IMG/VR virus record: IMGVR_UViG_3300043783_000034
Coordinates: 9,922 to 73,921 of that record
Length of the DNA: 64,000 nt
Reading direction: 5' to 3' (one strand)
DNA from: a virus
Shown here: positions 10,061 to 19,664 of the stretch, one piece after another
How positions within the stretch are numbered: the stretch's first letter is position 1
Layout of the letters: each line of letters begins with the position of its first letter
Translations under genes and position numbers: made by a program
Notes under the pieces: model-generated
What the model saw: only the letters and a program-made list of their open reading frames with translations
The model's database searches: none
What the model was told of the DNA's origin: nothing

Positions 10061-11200
10061 TTGGGGATGACGACGCTCGGCGAAGCCCTTCGGGCGAAAT
10101 ACAAGTCTCCCCGTGCGGCCATGGAGGCCCTCGGCCTCGACGCGGCGCTCCTCGGCGCCAGCAAGCAGGAGACGAAGTGCATGCCCGCCACCGCCGTCCG
10201 CCCGACCCGCATTGCGGCAATGACCCTCGGATTTACCGCACGCGCCGTTCGGCCGCTGCTGGCGATGGATGCCAAGATCGAGTTGATGCCGATCTTTCAA
10301 AACCTGACGACGAAGAATTTCAAGGATCGCAAGCCGGCGATCATCAATGAGCTCAAGGCGCTGCTCAAGGGCAAGACGATCGCCCAAGACGCCGACCTGA
10401 CGCATGTCGAGCACCTCCTCGGACGCATGGAAAATGCGGCCATGAAGGAGCCGAAGTCGGCCGACGAGTCGGTGAGCGAACCCCAGCACAAGGCGATGGA
10501 AGCCGCAGCGCACGGCAACAGCAATCTCGGCATTCCAGAGAATGTCGGTCGCGAGTTCTCGCAGGCGGACAAGGGCAAAGGCTTCGACTCCGAAGCGTTC
10601 AGCGCGCACATGCGCGGCAAGGGCTTCGGCGAGGATGCGATCAAGGAAGCATGCGACTACATGGGCATGCACGCCAAGGACGAAATGCCGGGAAATGCGC
10701 TCGACGAGAGCGACGAGGAAAAGCGCAAGCGCGAGGAAGACGAGGCCAAAACGAAAAAGGAGAAGGAAGCCGAAGACGCCCGCGCGCGCGACGCTGCCAT
10801 GCATGGCAAGGACAATAAGGACATGGGCGCCGACAGCAAGAAGTTCCTCACTCAGGATCAGGCCGACCAGGCGATCGCGACCGCCATCAAGGCGAACAAC
10901 GAACGCCACGCCGGCATCGCCAAGGCGCGCGAGGACGTGCGGCCTTATGTCGGCGATCTCACGATGGCCTTCGACACTGCCGACGGCGTCTACCGCCAGG
11001 CCTGCAAGATGCGGGGTATCGCCGATGTCGACGATCTGCCCGGCAAGGCGTGCCTCCTGATTCTCAAGCAGCAGCCGACCGAGGGCGAGCGCCGCGGGGC
11101 CAGCGCCTTCGCATTCGATTCCGCCCTCTCCACCGACGCCACGAAGTCGGCGGACCTGCGCAAACAGTTCGGCCTCGACCGCGTCACAGCGATGAAGTGA
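10061..11200 (+). CDS. capsid scaffold protein
   Basis: Charged and helical; C-terminal VRPYVGDLTMAFDTADGVYRQA resembles the scaffold part of DUF2213 proteins; precedes cement and capsid genes. Confidence 0.72.
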   Translation: MGMTTLGEALRAKYKSPRAAMEALGLDAALLGASKQETKCMPATAVRPTRIAAMTLGFTARAVRPLLAMDAKIELMPIFQNLTTKNFKDRKPAIINELKALLKGKTIAQDADLTHVEHLLGRMENAAMKEPKSADESVSEPQHKAMEAAAHGNSNLGIPENVGREFSQADKGKGFDSEAFSAHMRGKGFGEDAIKEACDYMGMHAKDEMPGNALDESDEEKRKREEDEAKTKKEKEAEDARARDAAMHGKDNKDMGADSKKFLTQDQADQAIATAIKANNERHAGIAKAREDVRPYVGDLTMAFDTADGVYRQACKMRGIADVDDLPGKACLLILKQQPTEGERRGASAFAFDSALSTDATKSADLRKQFGLDRVTAMK

Positions 11201-11225
11201 CCCCTCTCACCAGGAGCGACGGACC

Positions 11226-12194
11226 ATGAGTGGCTTCCAGACTCAGGTTTATAATCAAGAAGCCCAGGCGGTCGCGGGCGACTTCGCGTCGATGAACCAA
11301 TATATGACGCACCCAGCTGGCCCGGGGGGCCTCATCGCTGGCGCGTCGGGCGTCACCATCGGCGCCTTCGCTTGGACGGCGCCGCCGGATGACCCGAACG
11401 GTGCCAATCAGATCGTCAACAGCTTCGGCAATGGCGGAAATGTCGCTGGCTTCGTATTGCGCAATCAGCAGGGCCTCAACACGGCCTTCCTAAGCGATGC
11501 CGGAATGGTCATCCAGAAGGGCTCGCCCGTCACACTGATGACCGAAGGCGACTACTGGATCGTAAACAATGGCACGACCGAAGCCGTGCCGGGCCAGAAG
11601 GCCTATGCCAACTTCTCGAACGGCCTTGCCAGTTTTGCCGCCGCAAACACGCCGTCGACCGGCGCAACGGCGACCGGATCCAGCATCGCGGCCGAGACAT
11701 TCTCGGTCACAGGCTCGATCGCGAACGATGTGCTGTACGTCACCGTGGTCGGGTCCGGTACCGTCTATCCCGGCGCGACGATCAGCGGCACCGGCATCAC
11801 GACTGGCACGCAGATCATATCGCAGCTCACCGGCACCACCGGTGGCGTCGGCACGTACCTCGTCAATTACGGCCAGCAGACCGTGGCCTCGACCACCGTG
11901 TCGGGAACCTACGGCCTGATGACGATCGGCACGCTCACTTCGACCGCCACCTTCGCGGTCGGCCAGGTCCTCAACGTCAGCGGTGCCGTGGTGGCGAACA
12001 CCACGATCACTGCCAACGTCACCGGTAGCGGCGGCACGGGTGGGACTATGGTGGTCAGCAACAACACAGTGGTGTCGAGCCAGACCATTTCCTCGGTGAG
12101 CAATGTGGAGACGAAATGGTATGCAGTTAGCGCCGCAGTTGCCGGGGGTCTGGTCAAGATTTCGAGTTGGATCGGAACGCAACTGCAAGCGTAA
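11226..12194 (+). CDS. head decoration/cement protein with inserted Thr/Gly-rich modules
   Basis: GFQTQV...AVAGDFAS N-terminus and ETKWY...GLVKISSW C-terminus; lies between scaffold and capsid. Confidence 0.75.
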   Translation: MSGFQTQVYNQEAQAVAGDFASMNQYMTHPAGPGGLIAGASGVTIGAFAWTAPPDDPNGANQIVNSFGNGGNVAGFVLRNQQGLNTAFLSDAGMVIQKGSPVTLMTEGDYWIVNNGTTEAVPGQKAYANFSNGLASFAAANTPSTGATATGSSIAAETFSVTGSIANDVLYVTVVGSGTVYPGATISGTGITTGTQIISQLTGTTGGVGTYLVNYGQQTVASTTVSGTYGLMTIGTLTSTATFAVGQVLNVSGAVVANTTITANVTGSGGTGGTMVVSNNTVVSSQTISSVSNVETKWYAVSAAVAGGLVKISSWIGTQLQA

Positions 12195-12253
12195 CGTCGG
12201 CGCGCGCGCAGGAACACAGGAGCCCGACAGCGGGCGAACGGGGAGCACGGACG

Positions 12254-13390
12254 ATGTTGGACCTCGAGCGCAAGATGGCTTTCGACTCGGTCGGCGACGC
12301 CCGCGTCGCTTTCCAAGCCATCAAGCAGGATCTGGCGACGAGGGGCATCGTGCTTCCGCCCCAGATGCAGCGATTCCTGACGACACGCGAGATCGAGCAG
12401 GACGTGCTCGCGATGGACGCCGCGAGCGGGTTGCCCGGTCCGCTCTCGACCGATCCGAACTCGGCCATTCCGTGGATGCTGACCACCGCGATCGACCCGG
12501 AGATCATCCGCGTCATCTTCTCACCGCTGGCCTTCGCCGAGATCCTCGGCGAGCGAAAGGCCGGTGTGTGGACCGAACAGCAGCGCATGTTCCCGATCGT
12601 GGAGTCGACGGGTGAAGTCTCCAGCTATGGCGATTTCAACAACAACGGTCGCGCGGGCGCGAACTACAACTATCCGTTCTTCCAGTCGTACCTGTTCCAG
12701 AGCATTCTGAAGTACGGTGAACTTGAGATCGATCGCGTCGGCCTCATGAAGATCAATTACGTGTCGGAACTCGGCCTCGCGTGCGCCGACCTGCTCAACC
12801 GCTTTCAAAATCTGTCCTATGCGTTCGGCGTGCAGAACCTGCAGAATTACGGGATCCTCAACAATCCGTATCTGTCTGCCGCGCTGACGCCCGCCGTAAA
12901 GGCGTGGGGTGGCACAGGATGGTTCGATAACGGATCGCCAGCCGCCACCGCGAACGAAGTCTACAATGACATCATTGCGATAATAACGCAGCTTGTCGCG
13001 CAGACCAACGGCGCACTCGACATCAACTCTCCGATGACGCTGGCGTTGAGCCCGAACAGCATGATTGGCATGACGTTCGCAAATTCCTTCGGTGTCTTCG
13101 TGAAGGCGCTGCTCAAGGAAGGCTATCCGAATCTCAAGATCAAGCAGGCGCCGCAGTACGGCACCCAGACGGCGAACAATCCGCAGGGCTATTCGACTGC
13201 CGGCAATGTCGTGCAGCTCATCGCCGACAAGATCCAGAACCAGACGGTCGCGTATGCGGCCTATAACGAGAAGCTTCGCGCGCACAAGATCGTGCCAGAA
13301 CTCTCGGCCTGGATGCAAAAGCAGACGTCCGGAACGTGGGGGACGATCCTGCGCTCGCCAGTCGCCGTCGTTACTATGATCGGTGTTTAA
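12254..13390 (+). CDS. major capsid protein, DUF2184 family
   Basis: GEVSSYGDFNNNG, NYGILNNP, EKLRAHKI, QKQTSGTWG, C-terminal MIGV. Confidence 0.88.
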   Translation: MLDLERKMAFDSVGDARVAFQAIKQDLATRGIVLPPQMQRFLTTREIEQDVLAMDAASGLPGPLSTDPNSAIPWMLTTAIDPEIIRVIFSPLAFAEILGERKAGVWTEQQRMFPIVESTGEVSSYGDFNNNGRAGANYNYPFFQSYLFQSILKYGELEIDRVGLMKINYVSELGLACADLLNRFQNLSYAFGVQNLQNYGILNNPYLSAALTPAVKAWGGTGWFDNGSPAATANEVYNDIIAIITQLVAQTNGALDINSPMTLALSPNSMIGMTFANSFGVFVKALLKEGYPNLKIKQAPQYGTQTANNPQGYSTAGNVVQLIADKIQNQTVAYAAYNEKLRAHKIVPELSAWMQKQTSGTWGTILRSPVAVVTMIGV

Positions 13391-13426
13391 CCGGCGCGGC
13401 TCATCACTTTTAGGAGCATTGATAAA

Positions 13427-14122
13427 TTGAGCGACAACTTCAAGCGCCCGTGCGCAAGCTGCGGTAACCCCGTCCACCGCATGTCGAAGGTCTGCAAGGT
13501 TTGCGGCCACGCCTCGCCGTGGGTACCCAGCCCGCAGCCGGAGCTCGGGAAGCCTCCCGAAGCTGCGCCGCCCGCTGCTCCTGCCCCGCCGCGCGCCCCC
13601 GAGGCGCCGGCTGTCCAGTCCGCACTGAAGGCGCCGCGCACTGTCACGGTGGCCTGCAAGTTCCCAGGCGGCATGCGCCTGCAGCTTTCCCGCCCCGAGC
13701 AACGATTCGAGCCCATTATGGGCGGCGGCACGCGGGAATACACCGTCTACATTCCGACCGGGCGGCCGTGGTTCGTGAGCGGCCCCGCCTATCCGGTCGG
13801 CGTCGTCCCGACGGGCTTTCCCAAGGCGCCTGAAGTCGAAGGCGGCATGGCGCTCACGCATGGCATTCCAGCCGACTTCTGGGAGCAATGGGTCGAGCAG
13901 CACAAGCGGGCCGAATACGTTGTCAGTGGAATCATCTTCGCGCTGCCGAACGCCGAGGACGCCGCCATCAAGGCGCGCGAGCATGAGAAGGAATTGTGCG
14001 GACTCGAACCCCTCAGTCTCGACGAGGACGAGAAGGGCAAGCTCAAGGATCCGCGTGTGCCGAAGCCGATCAATCTCGCCGTGGCGAAGCTCGCGACCGA
14101 ACAACGTACGGCTGCAGGGTAA
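13427..14122 (+). CDS. conserved post-capsid protein with N-terminal Zn ribbon and Pro-rich linker
   Basis: CASC/CKVC; then TVTVACKFPGG...ALTHGIPADFWEQW domain. Confidence 0.7.
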   Translation: MSDNFKRPCASCGNPVHRMSKVCKVCGHASPWVPSPQPELGKPPEAAPPAAPAPPRAPEAPAVQSALKAPRTVTVACKFPGGMRLQLSRPEQRFEPIMGGGTREYTVYIPTGRPWFVSGPAYPVGVVPTGFPKAPEVEGGMALTHGIPADFWEQWVEQHKRAEYVVSGIIFALPNAEDAAIKAREHEKELCGLEPLSLDEDEKGKLKDPRVPKPINLAVAKLATEQRTAAG

Positions 14123-14130
14123 CTGGGCCG

Positions 14131-14637
14131 ATGCAATGGCCGATCCCGCCCGTTCCACCGGTCGCGTTCGTCTATCAGACTTGGGTGGGGATGTTTTCGG
14201 AGTTCGGCTCCGTAAACGATGCTCTCGCGCAAGGGTATTTCCTGCGCGCCTCGATGATCTGCGCAAACTCGACCATAAATCCCTTGTTCTGCTACGGCAC
14301 GTTGCAGACGGTTCTCTATTTGCTGACTGCGCACATTGCCAAATTGAATGCACCCGTCGACGACAACGGCAATCCGACCACCGTCGGCCAGCCTAATCCG
14401 TCGATCGTCGGCCGCATCAATAGCGCGACGCAAGGATCGGTTTCGGTCCAAGCCGAATGGGGAAATGGATCTTCATTCTCGCCCACGGAAGCATGGTATC
14501 TTCAAACCAAATACGGCGCCGAAGCGTGGACCGGGATGGCGCCGGCACGGACTTTCCGCTATGCAGCGCGGCCGACCCGAGTGCCGAGCGGTGCTTATCC
14601 CGGTGGTGGGGTTGTTTTCGGCCGGTTTGGCCGCTGA
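14131..14637 (+). CDS. DUF4054 head-tail adaptor
   Basis: LYLLTAHIA, VGRINSATQGSVSV, WYLQTKYGAEAW. Confidence 0.85.
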   Translation: MQWPIPPVPPVAFVYQTWVGMFSEFGSVNDALAQGYFLRASMICANSTINPLFCYGTLQTVLYLLTAHIAKLNAPVDDNGNPTTVGQPNPSIVGRINSATQGSVSVQAEWGNGSSFSPTEAWYLQTKYGAEAWTGMAPARTFRYAARPTRVPSGAYPGGGVVFGRFGR

Positions 14638-14649
14638 ACGGAGGCGACG

Positions 14650-14877
14650 ATGGACATCGACGTGCTGGCGCGGCAGGTGCGCGAACTGACCGCCTTCAAG
14701 GACAAATACGAGCCGATGCTCAAGGTCGTTCAGGCCAAATACGATCTCGTGCGCGACAAAACCGAGCGCGAAGCCGATGCGGAAAAGACGCGCCCGGCCG
14801 ACGACCCGGACCGCGCTGATCGTGCGCCGCCCCCTACGCCGCCGGCGGCCGAGCCGCAGCCGCAGCCGTCGGCGTAA
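14650..14877 (+). CDS. small coiled-coil protein
   Basis: GGAGG RBS; ORF. Confidence 0.6.
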   Translation: MDIDVLARQVRELTAFKDKYEPMLKVVQAKYDLVRDKTEREADAEKTRPADDPDRADRAPPPTPPAAEPQPQPSA

Positions 14878-14930
14878 CGCTGGCAGCGTCCAGCAACCTC
14901 GAACACGTCCTAAACAGACCCACGAGCGCC

Positions 14931-15203
14931 ATGGCACCGCTGCCGGCCCGACGCGAGGCGAAGCCGCTGGTGCATCTTCCGCGGCCGGCAGAACTCGCCG
15001 GTGCGCCCGCCCGCATGCTGCGGACCATGGATCTTGCCGCGTCGATCCAGCACACGATGCGGCGCTATGACAACGTGCTCGACGCGATCGAGGAAAAGCA
15101 GACGCAAATGGCGGCGCACGTTGACGATCTAGAAGCCTACGATCGCGATCTCGACGCGGTTATCAACAAGATGCTCGAGCCGCCGAAGAACAGCGAGGGT
15201 TGA
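14931..15203 (+). CDS. small coiled-coil protein
   Basis: Co-oriented ORF with a heptad-like C-terminus. Confidence 0.55.
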   Translation: MAPLPARREAKPLVHLPRPAELAGAPARMLRTMDLAASIQHTMRRYDNVLDAIEEKQTQMAAHVDDLEAYDRDLDAVINKMLEPPKNSEG

Positions 15204-15209
15204 CCTGTC

Positions 15210-15464
15210 ATGGATATCCCGGCCCGCTATAAGCACCTCGGCCTCGGCGACGATCACATCCGCCAGGTCCTCGTGCGTCTCGAGGAACTCGGCCAAGAGG
15301 AAGTTGCGGCGCTTATGGCGCGCGACGGTCTTCCGTACGTCTGGCACAACGTCATTCGCATTTGGCGTAAGCAGAAGTTTGCCGAGAATACCGGCATGTC
15401 GAATGTGGAAGATCTAAGCGGGCTTCGTGGGGGAGCAGCGGGGGCGTCCTCGCGCGCGTCGTAA
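15210..15464 (+). CDS. hypothetical protein
   Basis: Co-oriented ORF abutting the next start. Confidence 0.55.
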   Translation: MDIPARYKHLGLGDDHIRQVLVRLEELGQEEVAALMARDGLPYVWHNVIRIWRKQKFAENTGMSNVEDLSGLRGGAAGASSRAS

Positions 15465-15465
15465 A

Positions 15466-15915
15466 ATGGCGACGTTGCGCGGGGGCGGCGCTTTCGAGGC
15501 CAAGCTGCGGCAGATCGCCGAGAGCGTCTCGAAGCCCGGCACACTCCGGGTCGGCTTTCTCGAAAATGCTACTTATCCAGACGGCAAGCAGGTGGCGATG
15601 ATCGCCGCGATCCAAGACTTCGGTGCGCCCGGTGTTGGCATCCCACCGCGGCCGTTCTTCCGCAATATGATCGCTGCGAAACAGAGCGAGTGGCCGAACG
15701 CTATCGGCAATCTGCTTAAGGCAAACAATTACGACGCGCCGCGTGCTTTGAGTGTTGCCGGTGCTGGGATCGCCGGACAGTTGCGTCAGAGCATTATCGA
15801 AACAAATTCCCCCCCTCTTTCGCCCACGACCATCGCAAGGAAAGGCCACGCCAAACCGCTGGTTGACACAGGCCACATGCTGAACTCCGTCGACTTTGAA
15901 GTTAAAACGCGGTGA
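15466..15915 (+). CDS. neck/virion morphogenesis protein (HK97 gp10-like)
   Basis: LRVGFLE.ATYPDG, IPPRPFFR, KPLVDTGHMLNSV. Confidence 0.82.
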   Translation: MATLRGGGAFEAKLRQIAESVSKPGTLRVGFLENATYPDGKQVAMIAAIQDFGAPGVGIPPRPFFRNMIAAKQSEWPNAIGNLLKANNYDAPRALSVAGAGIAGQLRQSIIETNSPPLSPTTIARKGHAKPLVDTGHMLNSVDFEVKTR

Positions 15916-16009
15916 CCTCAATGTGTCTGTGACGCAGATTGTTTCCCGCGCGGCGTAAAATTATGATCGCGCGCGATTTTCATCGCTGCGGATCGAGGGG
16001 ACAACCAAT

Positions 16010-17317
16010 ATGCTCACGAAGCTCCGGGTTGGCATTGCCGCCGTCGCCATCCTCGCCGCAGTGCTGCCCGCGAAGTCGCAGACCACCGTCCTCGACTTGG
16101 TCCCCATTCCGCTCCCGGGCACGAGCAACACCACGCTCAATTCGGAAATGCTCGTGCAGAGCCTCGCGGTTACGGGCGGCACGCTTTTCATCGTTACCAT
16201 TCGGCAGCCGGGCGCCGGCGGCGCAATCCTTGGTTCAACCGCATCCTTCGCCGCGTCCGCAAATGCCGCGATCACGCCCGCGTCGATCACCGGCAGCGTG
16301 GCGCCTTTTCCAATTGCTGGCCTCGCAGCTGCGCAGGGAGGCGCCGTCACCGTCACGGGCGGCGCCTCTTCGACGTCAGCCAATGCTGGCGGGGCCGTTG
16401 ATCTGACCGGCGGCGCGCCGGGGGCGACCGGCGTTGGCGGCGCCATCGTCATCGCCGGCGCAGCCGGCGGAACGACATCGGGCGCGGGTGGCGCTGCGAG
16501 CGTCACGGGCGGCGCTGGCACGGCAGGCAACTCGTCGGGCGGCATTGCTTCGCTGGTCGGCGGCGCCGGCCAGGGCACCGCGAACGGCGCCCAGGCGCAG
16601 GTCACGGGCGGCGCTTCGGGCGCTGGCCCGACCGGAGCCGGTGGCGCGGTCGTCATCGCCGGCGGCGCGGCGGCTTCGACGAACGGCGCGGGCGGCGCGG
16701 CGTCGCTGACGGGCGGTGCGGGCGTCGGCACCGGCAACGGCGGCAACGCGACGGTGGCGGGCGGCGCGGCAGGCGCGACCGGTACCGGCGGCACTGTTGC
16801 GATCACTGCGGGCTCGCCCACGGCTGGCAACGGATCGAGCGTCACCGTGACCGCATCGGCGGGCGCCGGCGGCACCAACGGCGGCGGCAGCATCAACCTC
16901 GTGCCAGGCGCGGCGGTCTCGACCGGCGCTCCGGGCACCGTGCAGGTCAACGGCAATGCCGGCCTGATCTGCCACAACGGGACCATTGCCACCGGCTCGG
17001 CGTCGACCACGATCTTCATCGCGACGCGGGCGATGCTAATCGAGCAAATCAGCGCAATCTGGTCGGCGGCGGCGGGCGGCACCAGCACAGCGGGCGTCTA
17101 TCACGACACGGGCACCAACGCGCCGGGTGGTGGCACCGACATGCTCTCGGCCGACTTCAACCTCAACACCACCGCGAACACCACGAACACCGGCTCGCTG
17201 TCGGCGACCGTGGCGACGCTGATGCTGGCTGCTGGCGATCGCATTTCGGTCAAGATGAACAATGCCATTCAGTCGACCACTGGCTTAAACTTCACTTTCT
17301 GCGCGGCGCCGCAATAA
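16010..17317 (+). CDS. Gly-rich fibre-like protein with signal peptide
   Basis: MLTKLRVGIAAVAILAAVLPAKS-Q signal-like N-terminus; ~13 GGxVxIxGG repeats; C-terminal beta domain bracketed by two Cys. Confidence 0.75.
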   Translation: MLTKLRVGIAAVAILAAVLPAKSQTTVLDLVPIPLPGTSNTTLNSEMLVQSLAVTGGTLFIVTIRQPGAGGAILGSTASFAASANAAITPASITGSVAPFPIAGLAAAQGGAVTVTGGASSTSANAGGAVDLTGGAPGATGVGGAIVIAGAAGGTTSGAGGAASVTGGAGTAGNSSGGIASLVGGAGQGTANGAQAQVTGGASGAGPTGAGGAVVIAGGAAASTNGAGGAASLTGGAGVGTGNGGNATVAGGAAGATGTGGTVAITAGSPTAGNGSSVTVTASAGAGGTNGGGSINLVPGAAVSTGAPGTVQVNGNAGLICHNGTIATGSASTTIFIATRAMLIEQISAIWSAAAGGTSTAGVYHDTGTNAPGGGTDMLSADFNLNTTANTTNTGSLSATVATLMLAAGDRISVKMNNAIQSTTGLNFTFCAAPQ

Positions 17318-17381
17318 GGAGGCGCTTAAACCCAATTCCCACGACAGCCTCGCGGGATCTCACCAGGGGGAACCTGACACC

Positions 17382-18011
17382 ATGAAGCGCGCTTTTCTTC
17401 TCCGGAATGCCGCCGTTGCCGCAATGGTGATGGCAAACCCGCATCTTGGCGCCGCAAAGTCGGCACCGTCTGGCCTGCAGCATCAGCAGCGCCAGTTGAT
17501 GCCGACTTGGCAGCAGGTCGCCCAAATCCAGCAGATGGCGAACTACGAAGCGCCGATTCTGCAAGGCACTGTCGCCACGACCTACAAGAGCAGCGCCCTT
17601 GTCTATTCGTCCGGCTCGCGCCGCATCATGGCGTACGAAATCGAGTTCGGTCAGTCGGGCGCCCTGTCGTCGACGGACTGCCAATGCCAGTGGGACGTCT
17701 CGCGCTTTTCCTCGACGAACATCCTCACCGCCACGTCGGTCGTTCCCAACCCGCTCGATCCGGCGGACGGCACTTGCCTCGCGCTGTTCCTCAACAACGC
17801 GACCACGGAACTCACCTACACGACCGCCGGCGTCGGCCTGTCGCTCAAGAATTGGGGCATCAACCAGCGCGGTTCGTACCGCTGGCGCGCGTTGGACGAT
17901 GGCGACAACCTCATCATTCCGGCGACGAACCTCGTCGGCCTCGGCATCCGGACGCTGAGTTCCAATTTCACCGGTAGCGCAGTTGGCAACCTCTCATTCG
18001 TTGAAAGGTAA
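17382..18011 (+). CDS. beta-rich putative virion filament/appendage subunit
   Basis: AGGGGG RBS, followed by a strong terminator; VPNPLDPAD and NQRGSYRW motifs; alternative start at 17535. Confidence 0.6.
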   Translation: MKRAFLLRNAAVAAMVMANPHLGAAKSAPSGLQHQQRQLMPTWQQVAQIQQMANYEAPILQGTVATTYKSSALVYSSGSRRIMAYEIEFGQSGALSSTDCQCQWDVSRFSSTNILTATSVVPNPLDPADGTCLALFLNNATTELTYTTAGVGLSLKNWGINQRGSYRWRALDDGDNLIIPATNLVGLGIRTLSSNFTGSAVGNLSFVER

Positions 18012-18038
18012 GCGTTTCCGCGCTTCTGTGATCGAACC

Positions 18039-18068
18039 AAAGGGCCCCCTTTCCGGGGCCCTTTTTTT
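18039..18068 (+). terminator. Rho-independent terminator
   Basis: AAAGGGCCCC-CTTTCC-GGGGCCCTTT stem-loop with a T7 run. Confidence 0.85.
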
Positions 18069-18085
18069 GTGTCAAAGACGCACTT

Positions 18086-18397
18086 ATGTCGCGCGATGGT
18101 CCCTTGCTCAAGAACAGCCCTGAATGGAAGATTCCGCATGGCCCATCGATCCGCGCCGGTGGTCTTGGTGAGTATTTCAATCCGGACGGGACGATCACCG
18201 AGGTCTATTCGAGCACCTGCAGCCATTGCCAGCACGTCACCGAGTTTCCGAATCGGCGAAAGATGTTTGAGCATGTCGACGTCTGTCGCGGCTGCATGAA
18301 ATTGATTTGCCTCGGCTGCGCCGGTAAGCCTTGCGTGACTTGGCTCAAGAAGTGCGACATCGAGGAAGCGGTCGCGCGACGAAAGATGTTGGGATGA
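18086..18397 (+). CDS. Cys-rich Zn-binding protein
   Basis: CSHC, CRGC, CLGC and further Cys. Confidence 0.7.
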   Translation: MSRDGPLLKNSPEWKIPHGPSIRAGGLGEYFNPDGTITEVYSSTCSHCQHVTEFPNRRKMFEHVDVCRGCMKLICLGCAGKPCVTWLKKCDIEEAVARRKMLG

Positions 18398-18879
18398 GCG
18401 ACAGGTGCATCACCTGCGCCCGCTGGCTTGTGCGGCAGGAAACTGTCTACAGCGACGGGACGACAATCGTTCGGTGGCGGGCGTCCAGCGGCCACGGAAA
18501 GTGCCGGTTCTTGAACATTGAGACGCCGGCTGAGTTTGGGTGCGCAAAGTTCGAGCAAGCGCGTCATAGTTCTGAGGCAAAAGTGTTTTTTGAAGTGCAA
18601 GTCGAGACAGAGCGCAAGGACGGCGCTCCATGGCAACACTTCACGATGATCGAATGCCCCGCGTGCAGTGGGCGCCCGGGACTAGGCGAGGCCGGCCGGT
18701 GCAAATGCGCCGGCACCGGAAAGACACGCCTCTATGACGACGGCTATGTCGGCGACGAGCACACTCGCAAGCACCCGAAGGAACTGGAACGGCCGCCTAT
18801 CGCGGTCGAGCCCGGCACCATCTTGCAGGCGCTCCCCGAAAAGGCGCCAGCGGCCCTGTGGAATGAAATCCCGCAATGA
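18394..18879 (+). CDS. Cys-rich Zn-binding protein
   Basis: CITC, CPAC, CKC; ATGA coupling at both ends. Confidence 0.7.
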   Translation: MSDRCITCARWLVRQETVYSDGTTIVRWRASSGHGKCRFLNIETPAEFGCAKFEQARHSSEAKVFFEVQVETERKDGAPWQHFTMIECPACSGRPGLGEAGRCKCAGTGKTRLYDDGYVGDEHTRKHPKELERPPIAVEPGTILQALPEKAPAALWNEIPQ

Positions 18880-19664
18880 TCAGGGAAATGCCGCACCGGT
18901 ACGGGCCTCACCCGATCTACGTCCCTGATACGGACAACGGGCAATATGCGTGGCTGCTGACCACCCAGGCGTCGCCCGAGGACGAATGGATTGACTTGGT
19001 CCTCGCCCTGATGGCGCTACGTCCTCGGGGCGTGGCGCTGGACGGGGGTGCGAACTTCGGGTGCTGGACGGTAGCCCTCTCCACGGAGGCCTATCAGGTA
19101 CACGCCTTCGAGCCCCAGCGGCAGGTCTGCGGGCTACTGCGCCGGACAGTTCGACCGCTCGGCAACGTATTCGTTTACCAGAAGGCGATCGGCGAGCATT
19201 CCGGGCTCGCCCGCATCCCGGATCTCGACATGATCAACGGGACAAACTTCGGCGGCGTGAGCATGAATATGGCGCACTGGGAGTACCCCGACGCCCCGAT
19301 GCAGATGGTCGCCGTGGCCACCATCGACAGCTTCGACTTCCAAGACGTGTCATTCATCAAGGTCGACGTCGAAGGCGAAGAGGCGTCCGCACTTGAGGGC
19401 GCGCGCGATACCATCAAGCGATGCAAGCCGATCCTGTTCATTGAAGCGCTGTTCAAGGGCACGGACGATCTGTCAGATGAGGCGAAGCACGAGCGCGCCA
19501 TCAAACGGGCCCGAAAGCTGCAAGACACAATCGAGGCGATGGGATATGCGGTGGACCATCGCGGCCCGAACTATCTCTGCTTGCCGCTTGTGAGGGACAA
19601 ATGCCTGCCGACCTCAACGCCATGGTGGAATCGGCCCGCGCCGCCGTTGAGAGCGACCAAGTAG
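18876..19664 (+). CDS. FkbM-family SAM methyltransferase
   Basis: LDGGANFG, HAFEPQ, NFGGVS, FIKVDVEGEE, KPILFIE. Confidence 0.88.
   Translation: MIREMPHRYGPHPIYVPDTDNGQYAWLLTTQASPEDEWIDLVLALMALRPRGVALDGGANFGCWTVALSTEAYQVHAFEPQRQVCGLLRRTVRPLGNVFVYQKAIGEHSGLARIPDLDMINGTNFGGVSMNMAHWEYPDAPMQMVAVATIDSFDFQDVSFIKVDVEGEEASALEGARDTIKRCKPILFIEALFKGTDDLSDEAKHERAIKRARKLQDTIEAMGYAVDHRGPNYLCLPLVRDKCLPTSTPWWNRPAPPLRATK

Noticed and set aside
12521-14353. 610-aa minus-strand ORF (likewise 3269-4567, 21978-23240, 15961-17088, 46070-47074)
   Set aside because: Antisense shadows of well-supported genes, expected in high-GC DNA; no recognisable motifs
17382-17534. Signal peptide on the putative filament subunit
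   Set aside because: Hydrophobic core is short and interrupted by RN; may be a propeptide or an upstream extension, so not counted among the exported proteins
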